NCBI GenBank assembly: GCA_030650275.1
Contig: JAUSEK010000019.1
Location: 144 to 64,143, forward strand
Reading direction: 5' to 3'
Origin: Candidatus Omnitrophota bacterium
GTDB taxonomy: Bacteria > Omnitrophota > Gorgyraeia > Zapsychrales > Fredricksoniimonadaceae
Length of the DNA stretch: 64,000 nucleotides
Program-made: the position numbers and the translations under genes
Notes under the pieces: model-generated
Seen by the model: only the letters and a program-made list of their open reading frames with translations
Told to the model about the DNA's origin: nothing
Databases searched by the model: none
Shown here: positions 39,449 through 49,828 of the stretch, one piece after another
Layout of the letters: each line of letters begins with the position of its first letter
How positions within the stretch are numbered: position 1 is the first letter of the stretch

Positions 39449-42400
39449 ATGTTCAACGAGGAATCATTAGAAAAAGCCGTCATTGAGCTATTTGCAGGGC
39501 AACAAATCCCGCACTGCAAAGGTGAGACCATTCATAAAGAAATGAGTGATGTCTTGCTTCGCGATGATTTGAAGAAGTTTTTGCTCAATCAATACGCTGC
39601 TGAAGATATTACTCAGCAGGAAATTGAAAGCATCATCCGTAGTTTAGACTTTTTTCCAAGTTCAGCTTTATACGAAAGTAATAAAGCCATCATAAAATTA
39701 TTGGCAGATGGCTTTACAATAAAGAGGGCAGACCGTAGTAAGAAGGATCTCCGCATTCATCTGATAGACTTTGTAACAGACAATAACATTTATAAGTTCG
39801 TGAACCAATTGGAAATATTAGGTTACGAAAAACGTATCCCTGACGGCATTGTTTATATCAATGGCTTGCCATTAGTAGTAATCGAATTTAAAAGCGCAGT
39901 AAAAGAAAATACCACCGTCAAAGATGCCTACACTCAGTTAACGGTTCGCTACCGTAGGGATATTCCAGAGTTGTTTAAATACAATGCTTTTTGTGTAATA
40001 AGCGATGGCGTGAATAACAAAATAGGCTCTCTTTTTGCTCAATATGATTTCTTTTACGCATGGCGGAAAGTAAATCCTGAAGATGAAGCGGTAGATGGCA
40101 TCAATTCGCTTTATAGCATGGTGCAGGGCTTGTTTAACAAACAGCGCCTAAAAGATGTAATTCGTAACTTCATTTATTTCCCTGACACAGCTAAAGACGA
40201 TATAAAGATTGTATGCCGCTATCCGCAATACTACGCCGCTAACAAATTGTTTGATAGCGTTAAGTTGAATATGCGACCACACGGAAGCGGAAAGGGCGGA
40301 ACTTATTTCGGGGCAACTGGCTGCGGCAAAAGTTTCACCATGCTATATCTCACGCGGTTGCTCATGAAAAGCCCACACTTTGCAAGCCCGACCATTGTAT
40401 TGATCACCGATCGAACTGATTTAGACGACCAGCTATCAACACAATTTACCAATGCCAAAAGTTTTATTGGCGATGAAAATGTCATCAGCGTAGAAACCCG
40501 TGCCGAACTTAAAACACTGTTACAGAACAGAAAAAGTGGCGGTGTTTTTCTTACCACCATTCACAAGTTTACAGAAAGCACTGAGTTGCTCACCGATAGA
40601 TCAAATGTGATTTGTATTTCAGACGAAGCGCACCGTTCACAGATCAACCTTGACCAAAGAATAGAAGTTACCGATCAAGGGGTAGCTAAGAAATTCGGCT
40701 TTGCCAAGTACCTGCACGATTCTTTACCACAGGCTACTTACGTGGGCTTCACCGGTACGCCTATTGATGCAACGCTCGATGTGTTTGGTGAGGTAGTAGA
40801 TGCCTACACCATGAAGGAATCAGTGAACGATGAAATTACCGTTAGAATCGTTTATGAAGGCAGAGCCGCTAAAGTATTACTCAATGAGCAGAAACTGAAA
40901 GAGATTGAAGAATATTACAAGAAGTGTTCGGAAGAAGGCGCGAATGAATATCAGGTGGAAGAAAGTAAAAGAGTCGTTACGCAAATGGAAGTTATTTTGG
41001 GCGACCCAAAGCGATTGAAATTAGTAGCCGCAGACTTTGTGGAACATTACGAAAAGCGCATTGAAGAAGGATCTACCATAAGAGGCAAAGCAATGTTTGT
41101 AGCCAGTAGCCGCCCCATTGCTTACGATTTGTATAAAGAAATCATTGCCTTACGACCAGAGTGGGCTGAAGCAAAAGAATGCGAGGAAGGCGTAGAATTG
41201 ACTGCAGAAGAAAAGAGAGAGCTAAAGCCCATTGAGAAAATCAAAATGGTCATGACTCGGCATAGAGATGATCCAAAAGAGCTGTATGACATGCTTGGAA
41301 CAAAAGAAAGCAGAAAAGAGCTAGACCGGCAATTTAAGATTACAAAATCGAATTTCAAAATTGCAATAGTCGTTGATATGTGGATAACCGGCTTTGATGT
41401 TCCATTTTTAGATACTATGTATATCGATAAGCCCATTCAGCAACATTCATTGATACAAACAATCTCCCGAGTGAATCGTGTGTACGAAGGCAAAGAAGCG
41501 GGATTGGTGGTGGACTACATTGGAATTAAAACCAATATGAATATTGCTTTGGCGAAATATACAAAAGTTGGTAGTGATGATTTTGAAGATGTAGGCAAAG
41601 CGGTTGTAATTGTAAAAGATCAGCTGGACTTGCTTGCAAAGCTCTTTCACAAGTTTGATCTACAACCTTTCTTTAACGGGACAGCAATGCAGCAGCTAAG
41701 TTGCCTTAATAACGCAGCAGAGTTTGTCCAGTTGACAGATGAAATGGAAAAGCGTTTTATTGGATTAACCAAGAAGTTACGATCTGCGTATAGCCTTTGC
41801 TGCAGCAGCGAAGGGCTTAGCGCTAAAGAAAGAGACCACATCCATTTTTATTTTGCCGTTAAAGCCATTATCCACAAATTAACAAAAGGCGATGCGCCCG
41901 ATACGGCACAGATGAATGACAAAGTGAGGGAAATGATTAAAGAGGCCTTGATCAGCGATGGCGTAGAAGAGATTTTCAAGCTAGATAAGAACGACCCAAA
42001 GAACAGTACAGATATTTTCAGCGATGAATACATGGCAAAGATAGAGAAAATTACATTGCCGAATACTAAAATCAAGTTGCTTCAGAAATTGCTGATTCAA
42101 GCAATTGAGGAATTTAAGAAGGTAAACAGAATTAAAGGTGTTGATTTTACCAAGAAGATGAAAAAGCTGGTTGATCTGTATAATGAAAGAAAAGATTTTC
42201 AGGCAATGCAAAGCGATGTGTTGGACGATGTAGCCGAACAGTTTGCGAAGCTGTATAGAGATTTGCAGAAGGAGCGCAACTCATTCATGGATTTAGGAAT
42301 TGATTTTGAAGAAAAGGCATTTTATGACATTCTGAAAGCCATTGCACTGAAATACAAGTTTGAATATCCCGAAGATAAATTGATTGTACTTTCACAAGCA

Positions 42401-42589
42401 GTTAAAAAGATTGTGGACGATAAAGCGAAATATACTGATTGGTCTCATCGTGATGACATCAAAGCAGAATTAAAGATGGATTTGATTTTAGTTCTCGCTG
42501 AACATGGTTACCCCCCAGTACCCAAAGATGAAGTTTTTAAAGAAATATTTGAACAGGCCGAGAATTTCAAGAAATATAGTGAATTATAA
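39449..42589 (+). CDS. hsdR: Type I R-M restriction subunit
   Basis: PDG..YINGLPLVVIEFK, ATGCGKS, DEAHRSQ, FTGTP, TGFD, QTISRVNR. Confidence 0.96.
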   Translation: MFNEESLEKAVIELFAGQQIPHCKGETIHKEMSDVLLRDDLKKFLLNQYAAEDITQQEIESIIRSLDFFPSSALYESNKAIIKLLADGFTIKRADRSKKDLRIHLIDFVTDNNIYKFVNQLEILGYEKRIPDGIVYINGLPLVVIEFKSAVKENTTVKDAYTQLTVRYRRDIPELFKYNAFCVISDGVNNKIGSLFAQYDFFYAWRKVNPEDEAVDGINSLYSMVQGLFNKQRLKDVIRNFIYFPDTAKDDIKIVCRYPQYYAANKLFDSVKLNMRPHGSGKGGTYFGATGCGKSFTMLYLTRLLMKSPHFASPTIVLITDRTDLDDQLSTQFTNAKSFIGDENVISVETRAELKTLLQNRKSGGVFLTTIHKFTESTELLTDRSNVICISDEAHRSQINLDQRIEVTDQGVAKKFGFAKYLHDSLPQATYVGFTGTPIDATLDVFGEVVDAYTMKESVNDEITVRIVYEGRAAKVLLNEQKLKEIEEYYKKCSEEGANEYQVEESKRVVTQMEVILGDPKRLKLVAADFVEHYEKRIEEGSTIRGKAMFVASSRPIAYDLYKEIIALRPEWAEAKECEEGVELTAEEKRELKPIEKIKMVMTRHRDDPKELYDMLGTKESRKELDRQFKITKSNFKIAIVVDMWITGFDVPFLDTMYIDKPIQQHSLIQTISRVNRVYEGKEAGLVVDYIGIKTNMNIALAKYTKVGSDDFEDVGKAVVIVKDQLDLLAKLFHKFDLQPFFNGTAMQQLSCLNNAAEFVQLTDEMEKRFIGLTKKLRSAYSLCCSSEGLSAKERDHIHFYFAVKAIIHKLTKGDAPDTAQMNDKVREMIKEALISDGVEEIFKLDKNDPKNSTDIFSDEYMAKIEKITLPNTKIKLLQKLLIQAIEEFKKVNRIKGVDFTKKMKKLVDLYNERKDFQAMQSDVLDDVAEQFAKLYRDLQKERNSFMDLGIDFEEKAFYDILKAIALKYKFEYPEDKLIVLSQAVKKIVDDKAKYTDWSHRDDIKAELKMDLILVLAEHGYPPVPKDEVFKEIFEQAENFKKYSEL

Positions 42590-42733
42590 AAATAGGGTCC
42601 TATTTTAAGTGCCAGTTCTTTTATTAATTTATTAAGGATTTTTTATTAGAAATAGTAACAGGCGCTAATTTTTTTAAGATGAACACTATGAGTGTTTAGC
42701 GAAATGGACGTGATTTGGTAAGGGCGGTATAAA

Positions 42734-44380
42734 TTGGGAACGAAAATAAGAAAATATAATCTCAAGGAACTCGTTCGTTTTATCGAGTCGAAGCATGTTG
42801 CTGTCCCAGAGTTTCAGCGCGGGTTTGTCTGGAAAACGGGACAGGTTAAGAAGCTTTTCGATAGTCTCATAAAACAATATCCTGTGGGTAGTTTTATTCT
42901 TTGGGAAACAAACAAGCATATCGATGCCCGAACTTTGGATGGTGAAAAATTGCCTCAAAGAAAGTTCTTGATATTAGATGGGCAACAGAGAATGGCAAGT
43001 ATATATTACCTTTGTCGCCAAAAGAAATTTGTTGAGCCTCGTGTGAAAGATAAGTTTCATGAAACCTGCGATAATCGCGAACGTCAAGTTATTGACTTCG
43101 AGAAGTTTTATATCGACAGAAACAAAAAGGGACCGGTTCTGGAATATGCTCGGGAAAGTTCGTGTGAATTGGATTTTAATAAATTCTCTCGTCTCGTTCG
43201 AAATAGCTATCGGGTGCCTGTAATAACTATTTCATTGAACGACTATCACCACGCGATAGAAGTATTTGAGCGTATCAATCAGGCGGGCACTCGTATTTCA
43301 ACGGAATCAATATTCTTATCAGAGACTTGGAATCAGCATTCCAATATTGGTAAAATTTTGAGAACATGGAAAAGGCAAAACAGAGAAGCTCTTACCAGCG
43401 GAATAGACACTGTTATCTTTATACATGTTTTCGCGATAATTTTACAGTTAGAGAAACGGAAGCAACAAACAGTCGAGATAGGAATTACTACGCTAAAAAA
43501 GATAGCCGAAGAAGTTCATCAGCATACAAGTAACACATATAACAAGATTTTTAAAGATGTCGTAGATTCAGTGGCCCGCGCAGTTACTCATTTAAAAGAA
43601 GAATATGAGATCGTTTCCCTTAGCGATTTGCCTTCGCAGACAATGATTACGATTTTAGCGGTATTTTCTTACTATCGAAAAAGAGCACCTACTAAGAAGC
43701 AGGCAACTGAGTTGAGAAAATGGTTCTGGCGATCGTCACTTTCTAATCGGTATATCGGTTCTGGCTACTCGCAACATATTGGCATGGATGCTAAGAAGAT
43801 GCGTGATTTGGCTGAGCATAATCGCGACTTGAAAATCTCCCCAGCGGATATAAAAATATTTGCGAAAGTTAAAGGTGTTGATATACGTGCTGGTCGTTCG
43901 ACTTACCGTAATATTATTAAACAGGCTCTTTGGCAACAAACCCCAATTTTTATAAATGGAAAAAAGATAAGTCGGGATGATGTTGAATCCGGCCAGCATA
44001 AACCAGAAGATGACCATTTTTTCCCTTATGATTTATATCGAAAAGGTATCTCTGGACAAGAAATCAATAATATATTGAATATTCATTTTTTGAATGGAGA
44101 CGAGAATAGCAGAAAAAAGAATCGTTTACCATCGGAGTGGTTACAAGAACAGATTGACGATATTGGAGCAAATGCTAGCATAGTCGAAAAATATTTTTCC
44201 AGTCAGCTGCTGCCATTTAGAAATTTGAAAGATCTTCGCAGATATGAGCGTGCCTTTAAAGAAAAAGGGATGCGGGCGAAACAGAGTAAGTTTGCGCGTA
44301 GTTATCAGAGTTTTTTATGGCGTAGATTTAAGCTGTTTGAAAAAACGCTTAATCGCCTACAAAATGGCCGATTGAAATAG
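42734..44380 (+). CDS. DUF262 + HNH-like (GmrSD-like) modification-dependent restriction protein
   Basis: VPEFQR.FVW, ILDGQQR, FERIN..G; C-terminal DHFFP...NILN...L....N..K. Confidence 0.85.
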   Translation: MGTKIRKYNLKELVRFIESKHVAVPEFQRGFVWKTGQVKKLFDSLIKQYPVGSFILWETNKHIDARTLDGEKLPQRKFLILDGQQRMASIYYLCRQKKFVEPRVKDKFHETCDNRERQVIDFEKFYIDRNKKGPVLEYARESSCELDFNKFSRLVRNSYRVPVITISLNDYHHAIEVFERINQAGTRISTESIFLSETWNQHSNIGKILRTWKRQNREALTSGIDTVIFIHVFAIILQLEKRKQQTVEIGITTLKKIAEEVHQHTSNTYNKIFKDVVDSVARAVTHLKEEYEIVSLSDLPSQTMITILAVFSYYRKRAPTKKQATELRKWFWRSSLSNRYIGSGYSQHIGMDAKKMRDLAEHNRDLKISPADIKIFAKVKGVDIRAGRSTYRNIIKQALWQQTPIFINGKKISRDDVESGQHKPEDDHFFPYDLYRKGISGQEINNILNIHFLNGDENSRKKNRLPSEWLQEQIDDIGANASIVEKYFSSQLLPFRNLKDLRRYERAFKEKGMRAKQSKFARSYQSFLWRRFKLFEKTLNRLQNGRLK

Positions 44381-44387
44381 GATTCAG

Positions 44388-44490
44388 TTGGAAACAATTT
44401 CACAATCATAAGGATGTGGCGTTGTCCCTAGTTTTGCAGGCGGCGGAGGTGCTGGAGCATTTCTAGTGGAAATCGCCGCAAGAGGTCAAG
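44388..44490 (+). pseudogene. Internal fragment of a mazG-like gene (diverged copy of 49397-49499)
   Basis: WKQFHNHKDVALSLVLQAAEVLEHF*WKSPQEVK; ~13 mismatches in 103 nt by hand count, mostly synonymous, one nonsense. Confidence 0.9.
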
Positions 44491-44766
44491 AAAGTAGCTA
44501 AGAGTTTACTTGCGACGCTTAAACATGGGCAGTGAGTGCTTGATTGGTGTAAAAGACAACAAACGCGAGCAGCTGTCCGTGTGGCTATTGGCCGGGTCTC
44601 GGATGAATTATCGCAACGTTATGGTTGCGATCTTTTTGAATCAAAGTGTGAGGTCATTTATTGACACATTTATGATAGTTATTTTGGTGAGGGAAGAAGT
44701 TATTTTGTAAGAAATTGAGTTTTTATATGAAAAATGCAACAGACCTAAACTATATAAAGACTCGCG

Positions 44767-47700
44767 ATGATTCCTAAATTCAACAAAGGCGACCAGGTTC
44801 AGCGTACAAACGACTCCAGTCGTATCGGGGTTATTGTTGATGTGGATGTTTTACATGGTGGAATTCAATATTATAAAGTTTTTTTTGATGGAGAAGAACG
44901 TCCGGTTCTTTCAGAGTTTGATATTCGGCCCCACATAGAGGGGGTTTCGCCAGTGGATGTCTTAAGGCTGGGGCACTTGGGATTTTTCGAAGAATTTCAG
45001 TTGAACATCCTTTATCAGAAGCTTTCTAAGATTAATATCCTTACAAATAACCTTTATTCATTTAATGCCTCCCGAACCAATTTTTATCCGTATCAGTTCA
45101 AGCCACTTCTCAAGTTTCTGGATTCTTTCAACAATCGCGTTCTTATTGCGGATGAGGTAGGTCTTGGTAAAACTATTGAGGCGGGTCTTATTTTTCAGGA
45201 ATTAAAAGCGAGGCAAAATCTCCAACGGATTCTTGTCGTTTGCCCGTCAGGTCTGAAAGACAAATGGAAGATGGAAATGGAACATCGCTTTGGGGAAGAA
45301 TTTAATATTTGGCGTCGGCCAGACCTCATGCGTTTCTTGGATAAGCTTGAGGAGTCTTATGCGGTTCAGTCCTTGAAGGTTATTATTCCACTTGAAACTA
45401 TTCGCTACAGGGGTGTAGTTGAACGAATAGAAGAGATCGGTCCTGCATTTGATTTGGTGATCATTGATGAAGCGCATCATATGCGAAATCAGACAACGCT
45501 GAACCATAGGACTGGAAAAGTTTTGAGCGATTTTGCAGATGCTATGGTTATGTTAACGGCAACCCCAGTGCAAATGGGGAATAGAGATCTTTTTAATTTA
45601 TTGCATATTTTAGATGATGAGAACTTTTCAAATCATCAAGTTTCGGAGGAACTCTTTACTCAAAATGAACCTGTTGTCTTGGCCCAAACATGTTTGAGCC
45701 ATATTCCCGCAGATCTTGAAAGAGCTGGGGAGTTGTTAACCGATTTTTTTGCGGATTTAGATAAGGCAAGGAAGCCTTATCAGCATAATCTTTGTTTGGA
45801 TGTTATTGATCGGATGAAGCAGCTCAAGGCAGTTGATCAGCGATTGCCAGAATATCGTCGCCAGTTAGTCGATATTCAGAGGAATGTGTCGGAATTAAAC
45901 TTTCTAGGACATATTCTAAATCGCACTCGCAAGAGAGATGTTAAAGAAAAGATCGTGTTACGACAGGCTAAAACTGTGAAGGTGGATCTATCTGATAAGG
46001 AGAAGGTGTTTTATAAGGCTGTAGAGGCCTTTGTGCGGGCGGATGCAAAGAGGCGGGGCATTGATTCAAGGGTGATTGGATGGATGCTGATCAATCCGTT
46101 AAGACGTACGGCTTCGTGTATATCAGCTATGGTGGAGCATTATAAGCAGCATTTAGATAATTCTGAAGTTGAGGATGATGATCCTCTAGATGATGAGAGT
46201 GATGAGAAAACAGAGTCAAAAAGCTCAGGTTTTGAATTGGCGCGTAATAATCTTTTGGAAATTATTAACACTTGGGGAGGGTCTACTGAAGATACGAAAT
46301 TTCAAAAGTTTATGGAGGCTATTCAGAAGTTAAAGAAAGAGGATGGGAAGCTCAAAATAATGGTTTTTGCTTTTTATAAGGCAACCTTACGTTATCTTTC
46401 TAAAAAATTGAAAGCTGCGGGGATAAAAAATCTTATTATTTCAGGAGACGTGCCTTATAAAGAGCGAGCGGCATTGATTAATCAATTTAAGGACGAAAAT
46501 TCTTCTATAGAAGTGTTGTTGTCATCAAGGGTCGGCAGTGAAGGTTTAGATTTTCAATTTTGCGATACCATGGTTAATTATGATCTTCCATGGAACCCAA
46601 TGGAGGTTGAGCAGAGAATAGGACGCCTTGATCGTATTGGGCAGCGCTCCCAAAAGATCAGAATTTATAACATGTCTTTGGCGGATACAATAGAGGATCG
46701 GGTGCTTATGCGGCTTTATGAACGGATCGGGATTTTTGAACGTTCGATAGGAGGATTGGAGCCTATTATGGGCGCGCAGATCCAGGAACTTGTTACTGAG
46801 GTGTTGACCAAAGAGCTTTCTGCTAAAGAGCAGGAGGATCTTGTTGAACGCAAGGCATTGATTTTGGAGAAGAAAGAACGGGAGATGCGTGAGCTGGAGG
46901 AAAAATCGGCAAAATTTATTGGGGTAGATACTTATTTTGAAGATGAGATTGCAAGAATACAGAAAACAAGAAGATATATAACTCCGCAGCAGTTGAAAAA
47001 GTTTATTCTTTATTTTTTAGAGCGGTTCTTCCCAAAGACTCGCTTTGAATATTCCGAAAAGACTTGCCTAGGGAAGATTGTGGCTGATCAAGCGTTGCAA
47101 GGTTTTATCTCAAAATGTGAAAAGTCACATGATTTATCAAGATTTTATTCTACGGATGGGGTTGAAATTACCTTTGATTCTGATACGGCTTTGCAGAATC
47201 CCAGTATAGAGTTTCTAAATAATACGCATCCACTAACAGCTCTTATCTTAAGGTATTATCAAGAAAATCCGATTCATCACAATAATGCTTATTTTGTTAA
47301 ACTTGATACGAATATTGCGCCTAAGGGGAAATATTTTTTTTATGTATTCCGACTTAAAATCGAAGCGGCGCGACACACCAACACGATTGAGACAGTTTTT
47401 ATTGATGAAACCCTTAATGAGATTTGCCCAGGAGAAGATTCCGAGGTTTTGTTAGGTGAGATGCTAGAGAGCGGGCGGAGATCGGAAGATGGAAGCTCTT
47501 TTTCTATTGATCCAGGTTATTTGGATCAGTCCCATCGTATGGCGCTAGGGACATTTTTAAAGAATAAGGAACAAAGAAAATCTGATGCGGAACGGAGCAA
47601 TAACCTTTTGATTGAAGGTCGAGTAGCCAGTATTCGATTAAATTTTGAAAAGAAGATTAAACAGAAACAGAAATTATTAGAAAGGGGTATTCAGGGGAAT

Positions 47701-47847
47701 AAGAAAAAGAGTTATCTTACGATGCTAGAGGGGGAGATTAGGAAATATAGAAATCAAATGGAGGCTGGCATCACTTTGGAGGAGACCAAACGGAGCGTCA
47801 GTTGTTCGCATGTTGAAATTGCTGCAGGGATTCTGGAGATCGTGTAG
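44767..47847 (+). CDS. SNF2/RapA-like helicase
   Basis: LIADEVGLGKT, DEAHH, LTATP, GSEGLDFQ, YDLPWNP..VEQRIGR.DRIGQ; N-terminal Tudor-like segment. Confidence 0.92.
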   Translation: MIPKFNKGDQVQRTNDSSRIGVIVDVDVLHGGIQYYKVFFDGEERPVLSEFDIRPHIEGVSPVDVLRLGHLGFFEEFQLNILYQKLSKINILTNNLYSFNASRTNFYPYQFKPLLKFLDSFNNRVLIADEVGLGKTIEAGLIFQELKARQNLQRILVVCPSGLKDKWKMEMEHRFGEEFNIWRRPDLMRFLDKLEESYAVQSLKVIIPLETIRYRGVVERIEEIGPAFDLVIIDEAHHMRNQTTLNHRTGKVLSDFADAMVMLTATPVQMGNRDLFNLLHILDDENFSNHQVSEELFTQNEPVVLAQTCLSHIPADLERAGELLTDFFADLDKARKPYQHNLCLDVIDRMKQLKAVDQRLPEYRRQLVDIQRNVSELNFLGHILNRTRKRDVKEKIVLRQAKTVKVDLSDKEKVFYKAVEAFVRADAKRRGIDSRVIGWMLINPLRRTASCISAMVEHYKQHLDNSEVEDDDPLDDESDEKTESKSSGFELARNNLLEIINTWGGSTEDTKFQKFMEAIQKLKKEDGKLKIMVFAFYKATLRYLSKKLKAAGIKNLIISGDVPYKERAALINQFKDENSSIEVLLSSRVGSEGLDFQFCDTMVNYDLPWNPMEVEQRIGRLDRIGQRSQKIRIYNMSLADTIEDRVLMRLYERIGIFERSIGGLEPIMGAQIQELVTEVLTKELSAKEQEDLVERKALILEKKEREMRELEEKSAKFIGVDTYFEDEIARIQKTRRYITPQQLKKFILYFLERFFPKTRFEYSEKTCLGKIVADQALQGFISKCEKSHDLSRFYSTDGVEITFDSDTALQNPSIEFLNNTHPLTALILRYYQENPIHHNNAYFVKLDTNIAPKGKYFFYVFRLKIEAARHTNTIETVFIDETLNEICPGEDSEVLLGEMLESGRRSEDGSSFSIDPGYLDQSHRMALGTFLKNKEQRKSDAERSNNLLIEGRVASIRLNFEKKIKQKQKLLERGIQGNKKKSYLTMLEGEIRKYRNQMEAGITLEETKRSVSCSHVEIAAGILEIV

Positions 47848-49309
47848 AGTTTTTTTTCAAAAAAAGTCGTTATCTGGTCAGAAAGTCAAACCGGAAGATC
47901 AGACCGAAAGTCCTGCCGCTGCGCCTGCAATTATCAAGACATCATCTGGGAAGCTTCCCATTCATGTTGGTATTGATTTTGGAACAAGTTGTTCTAAAGC
48001 GTGTTATCAAATCCAAGATGGAAGGGAGAAGGTTTACTTAATTGATTTTAAACATCAGTTAAAGTCTTTTCCTTCATACGTTATTCCTTCAGTTCTTATT
48101 GGTGATGAGCAAAATCGGATATATATAGGTGAAGAGGCAGGTGAGGCTGTAGAAGCAGGAAAATGGGGATTAGGGTTAAGAAATTTTAAAACACTCTTAG
48201 CGTCAGTTCAGAATGAGGATTTTGTTGACAAAGTTTCCGCATCTCATTTCAAGGAAAATTTACAACTATTAGGTCTTGATAAGGAGGGCGTTGGAGTATC
48301 AGAAGTTACGTCTCTTTATGTTGCCTATATGATGCACCGATGCAGAGATTTTCTAAAGCGTCAATATGTAGGCAGAGAATTGCATATTAATTATAATGTG
48401 TGTATTCCTATCGATTATGCTGAAGATAATCTCGTAAGAAAAGACTTTGAAAAAATGTTGGCTGTAGCTCAGGAACTCTACAGATTTTGGGAACGAGAGA
48501 AAGGTGAGTCGCGCAGTTTATTACGTCTTGCCAGTGAATTAAAAAGCCAGTGTGTATATGATGAAACTCAAATGAATGTTTTTGCTATTCCTGAGGCTGT
48601 CGCAGAACTGGTTGGTTATCGTAAGTCTGCGGATAGGGAGGCAGGCTTGTACGCTCTTATTGATATTGGTTCGGGAACAACCGACGTATCGATTTTTAGA
48701 CTTGACCGAGGTTTGAAAGAGCGTGCTGTGTGGTTGTCATCAGATGCTATACCTATGGGCATGTATCAATTAGAGAAATTAGTTGTGAAAGCTTTGAGGA
48801 AACAAGGACATGATGATTCGTTGGGTGAAGTTTATAGAGCTTTCGAGAATTTTAAGGAAATTTCAACCGGGCTTCAGGAGGATGTGTTCTTAAGAATAAG
48901 AAAGAGGATTAGGGCTTTTATTAGAAGTGATGAGTATAAAAGACCTTGGAGATCTGCTCATATCAAATTGAGGAAACAAAGAAGAGAGAGTTTGGATGAT
49001 ATAAAGATTGTTTTTCTCGCAGGAGGAGGAGCAAAGATTGCCTTGGCCAAAGGCATGAATTTTCTTTTTAGTTCATCGCCGCTTGCTTCATCGGCGGTTT
49101 CTAAAAAGCCCTATAACTTGTCAGCGTTGTCCTGTTCTCCCAATCTAGAGGGTGCTTTGGTTTCTGATTTTTGGCGCCTATCCGTGGCTTATGGATTAAG
49201 TTTTCCAGCACCAAAGTTGGGAGAATATAAGCTTCCGAAAGATTTTCCAGAGGATAATCCGCCTTCTTTACCAATACAGGATTGGCCGGATAGGGATGAT
49301 ACGCGGTAA
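47810..49309 (+). CDS. Actin/Hsp70-fold ATPase of unknown function
   Basis: GIDFGTSCSK (phosphate 1), PEAVA (connect 1), IDIGSGTTDVS (phosphate 2), LAGGGA (adenosine), VAYGL; start codon uncertain. Confidence 0.8.
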   Translation: MLKLLQGFWRSCRVFFQKKSLSGQKVKPEDQTESPAAAPAIIKTSSGKLPIHVGIDFGTSCSKACYQIQDGREKVYLIDFKHQLKSFPSYVIPSVLIGDEQNRIYIGEEAGEAVEAGKWGLGLRNFKTLLASVQNEDFVDKVSASHFKENLQLLGLDKEGVGVSEVTSLYVAYMMHRCRDFLKRQYVGRELHINYNVCIPIDYAEDNLVRKDFEKMLAVAQELYRFWEREKGESRSLLRLASELKSQCVYDETQMNVFAIPEAVAELVGYRKSADREAGLYALIDIGSGTTDVSIFRLDRGLKERAVWLSSDAIPMGMYQLEKLVVKALRKQGHDDSLGEVYRAFENFKEISTGLQEDVFLRIRKRIRAFIRSDEYKRPWRSAHIKLRKQRRESLDDIKIVFLAGGGAKIALAKGMNFLFSSSPLASSAVSKKPYNLSALSCSPNLEGALVSDFWRLSVAYGLSFPAPKLGEYKLPKDFPEDNPPSLPIQDWPDRDDTR

Positions 49310-49340
49310 AAAGAAATAGAGTGACAGGCGCTAATTTTTA

Positions 49341-49688
49341 ATGGCAGAAATCAAAACAATCACCGCAAAAATAAGAAAATTCCGCGATGAGCGGGATTGG
49401 AAGCAATTCCACAATCATAAGGACGTGGCGCTGTCTTTGGTCTTAGAGGCGGCAGAAGTGCTGGAGCATTTCCAGTGGAAATCGCCGCAAGAGGTCAAGG
49501 AACATGGCGAGGCCTGCAGGTCCGAGATCTCGGATGAGCTGGCGGATGTTGCCGTGTATTTATTTGAACTCGCGGATAATCTCGGGATCGATTTGTCAAA
49601 GGCCATTGATATCAAAATGAAGAAAAATGCCCTGAAATACCCGGTTGAGAAAGCCAGGGGCAGGCATACGAAATACAACAATCTTTAG
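49341..49688 (+). CDS. MazG-like nucleotide pyrophosphohydrolase
   Basis: RDW.QFH..KD.A.SL..EA.E.LE.FQW, ELADV..YL, K...N..KYP. Confidence 0.9.
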   Translation: MAEIKTITAKIRKFRDERDWKQFHNHKDVALSLVLEAAEVLEHFQWKSPQEVKEHGEACRSEISDELADVAVYLFELADNLGIDLSKAIDIKMKKNALKYPVEKARGRHTKYNNL

Positions 49689-49690
49689 GT

Positions 49691-49787
49691 AGAAATTAAA
49701 CATTTGAAAATCGCGCCAGGAATCATTAGAATCATCCTTAGTCAAGCAGGGCTTCCCCGGCCGTAGTCTGTTTGACAAAAATCCCCT
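49691..49787 (+). repeat. Direct repeat copy 1 (hicA-like 3' end + promoter-proximal sequence)
   Basis: 49704-49766 reads LKIAPGIIRIILSQAGLPRP*; near-identical to 50400-50494. Confidence 0.9.
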
Positions 49788-49828
49788 GTAGTAAATCTAT
49801 TAACTTTTAATCTACAAGGGGGTATTCC

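Noticed and set aside
44510-44710. 66-aa ORF upstream of the SNF2 gene as a third component
   Set aside because: TTG start, no clear RBS and no motifs; more likely intergenic/promoter DNA.
44767-47847. DISARM DrmD, Zorya ZorD or housekeeping RapA
   Set aside because: Partner genes (drmABC/MTase, zorABC) are absent; the AT-rich island context and divergent C-terminus argue against core rapA.
47810-49309. dnaK, mreB or ftsA
   Set aside because: Only the generic actin-fold motifs are shared; there is no substrate-binding domain, family signature or expected gene neighbourhood.
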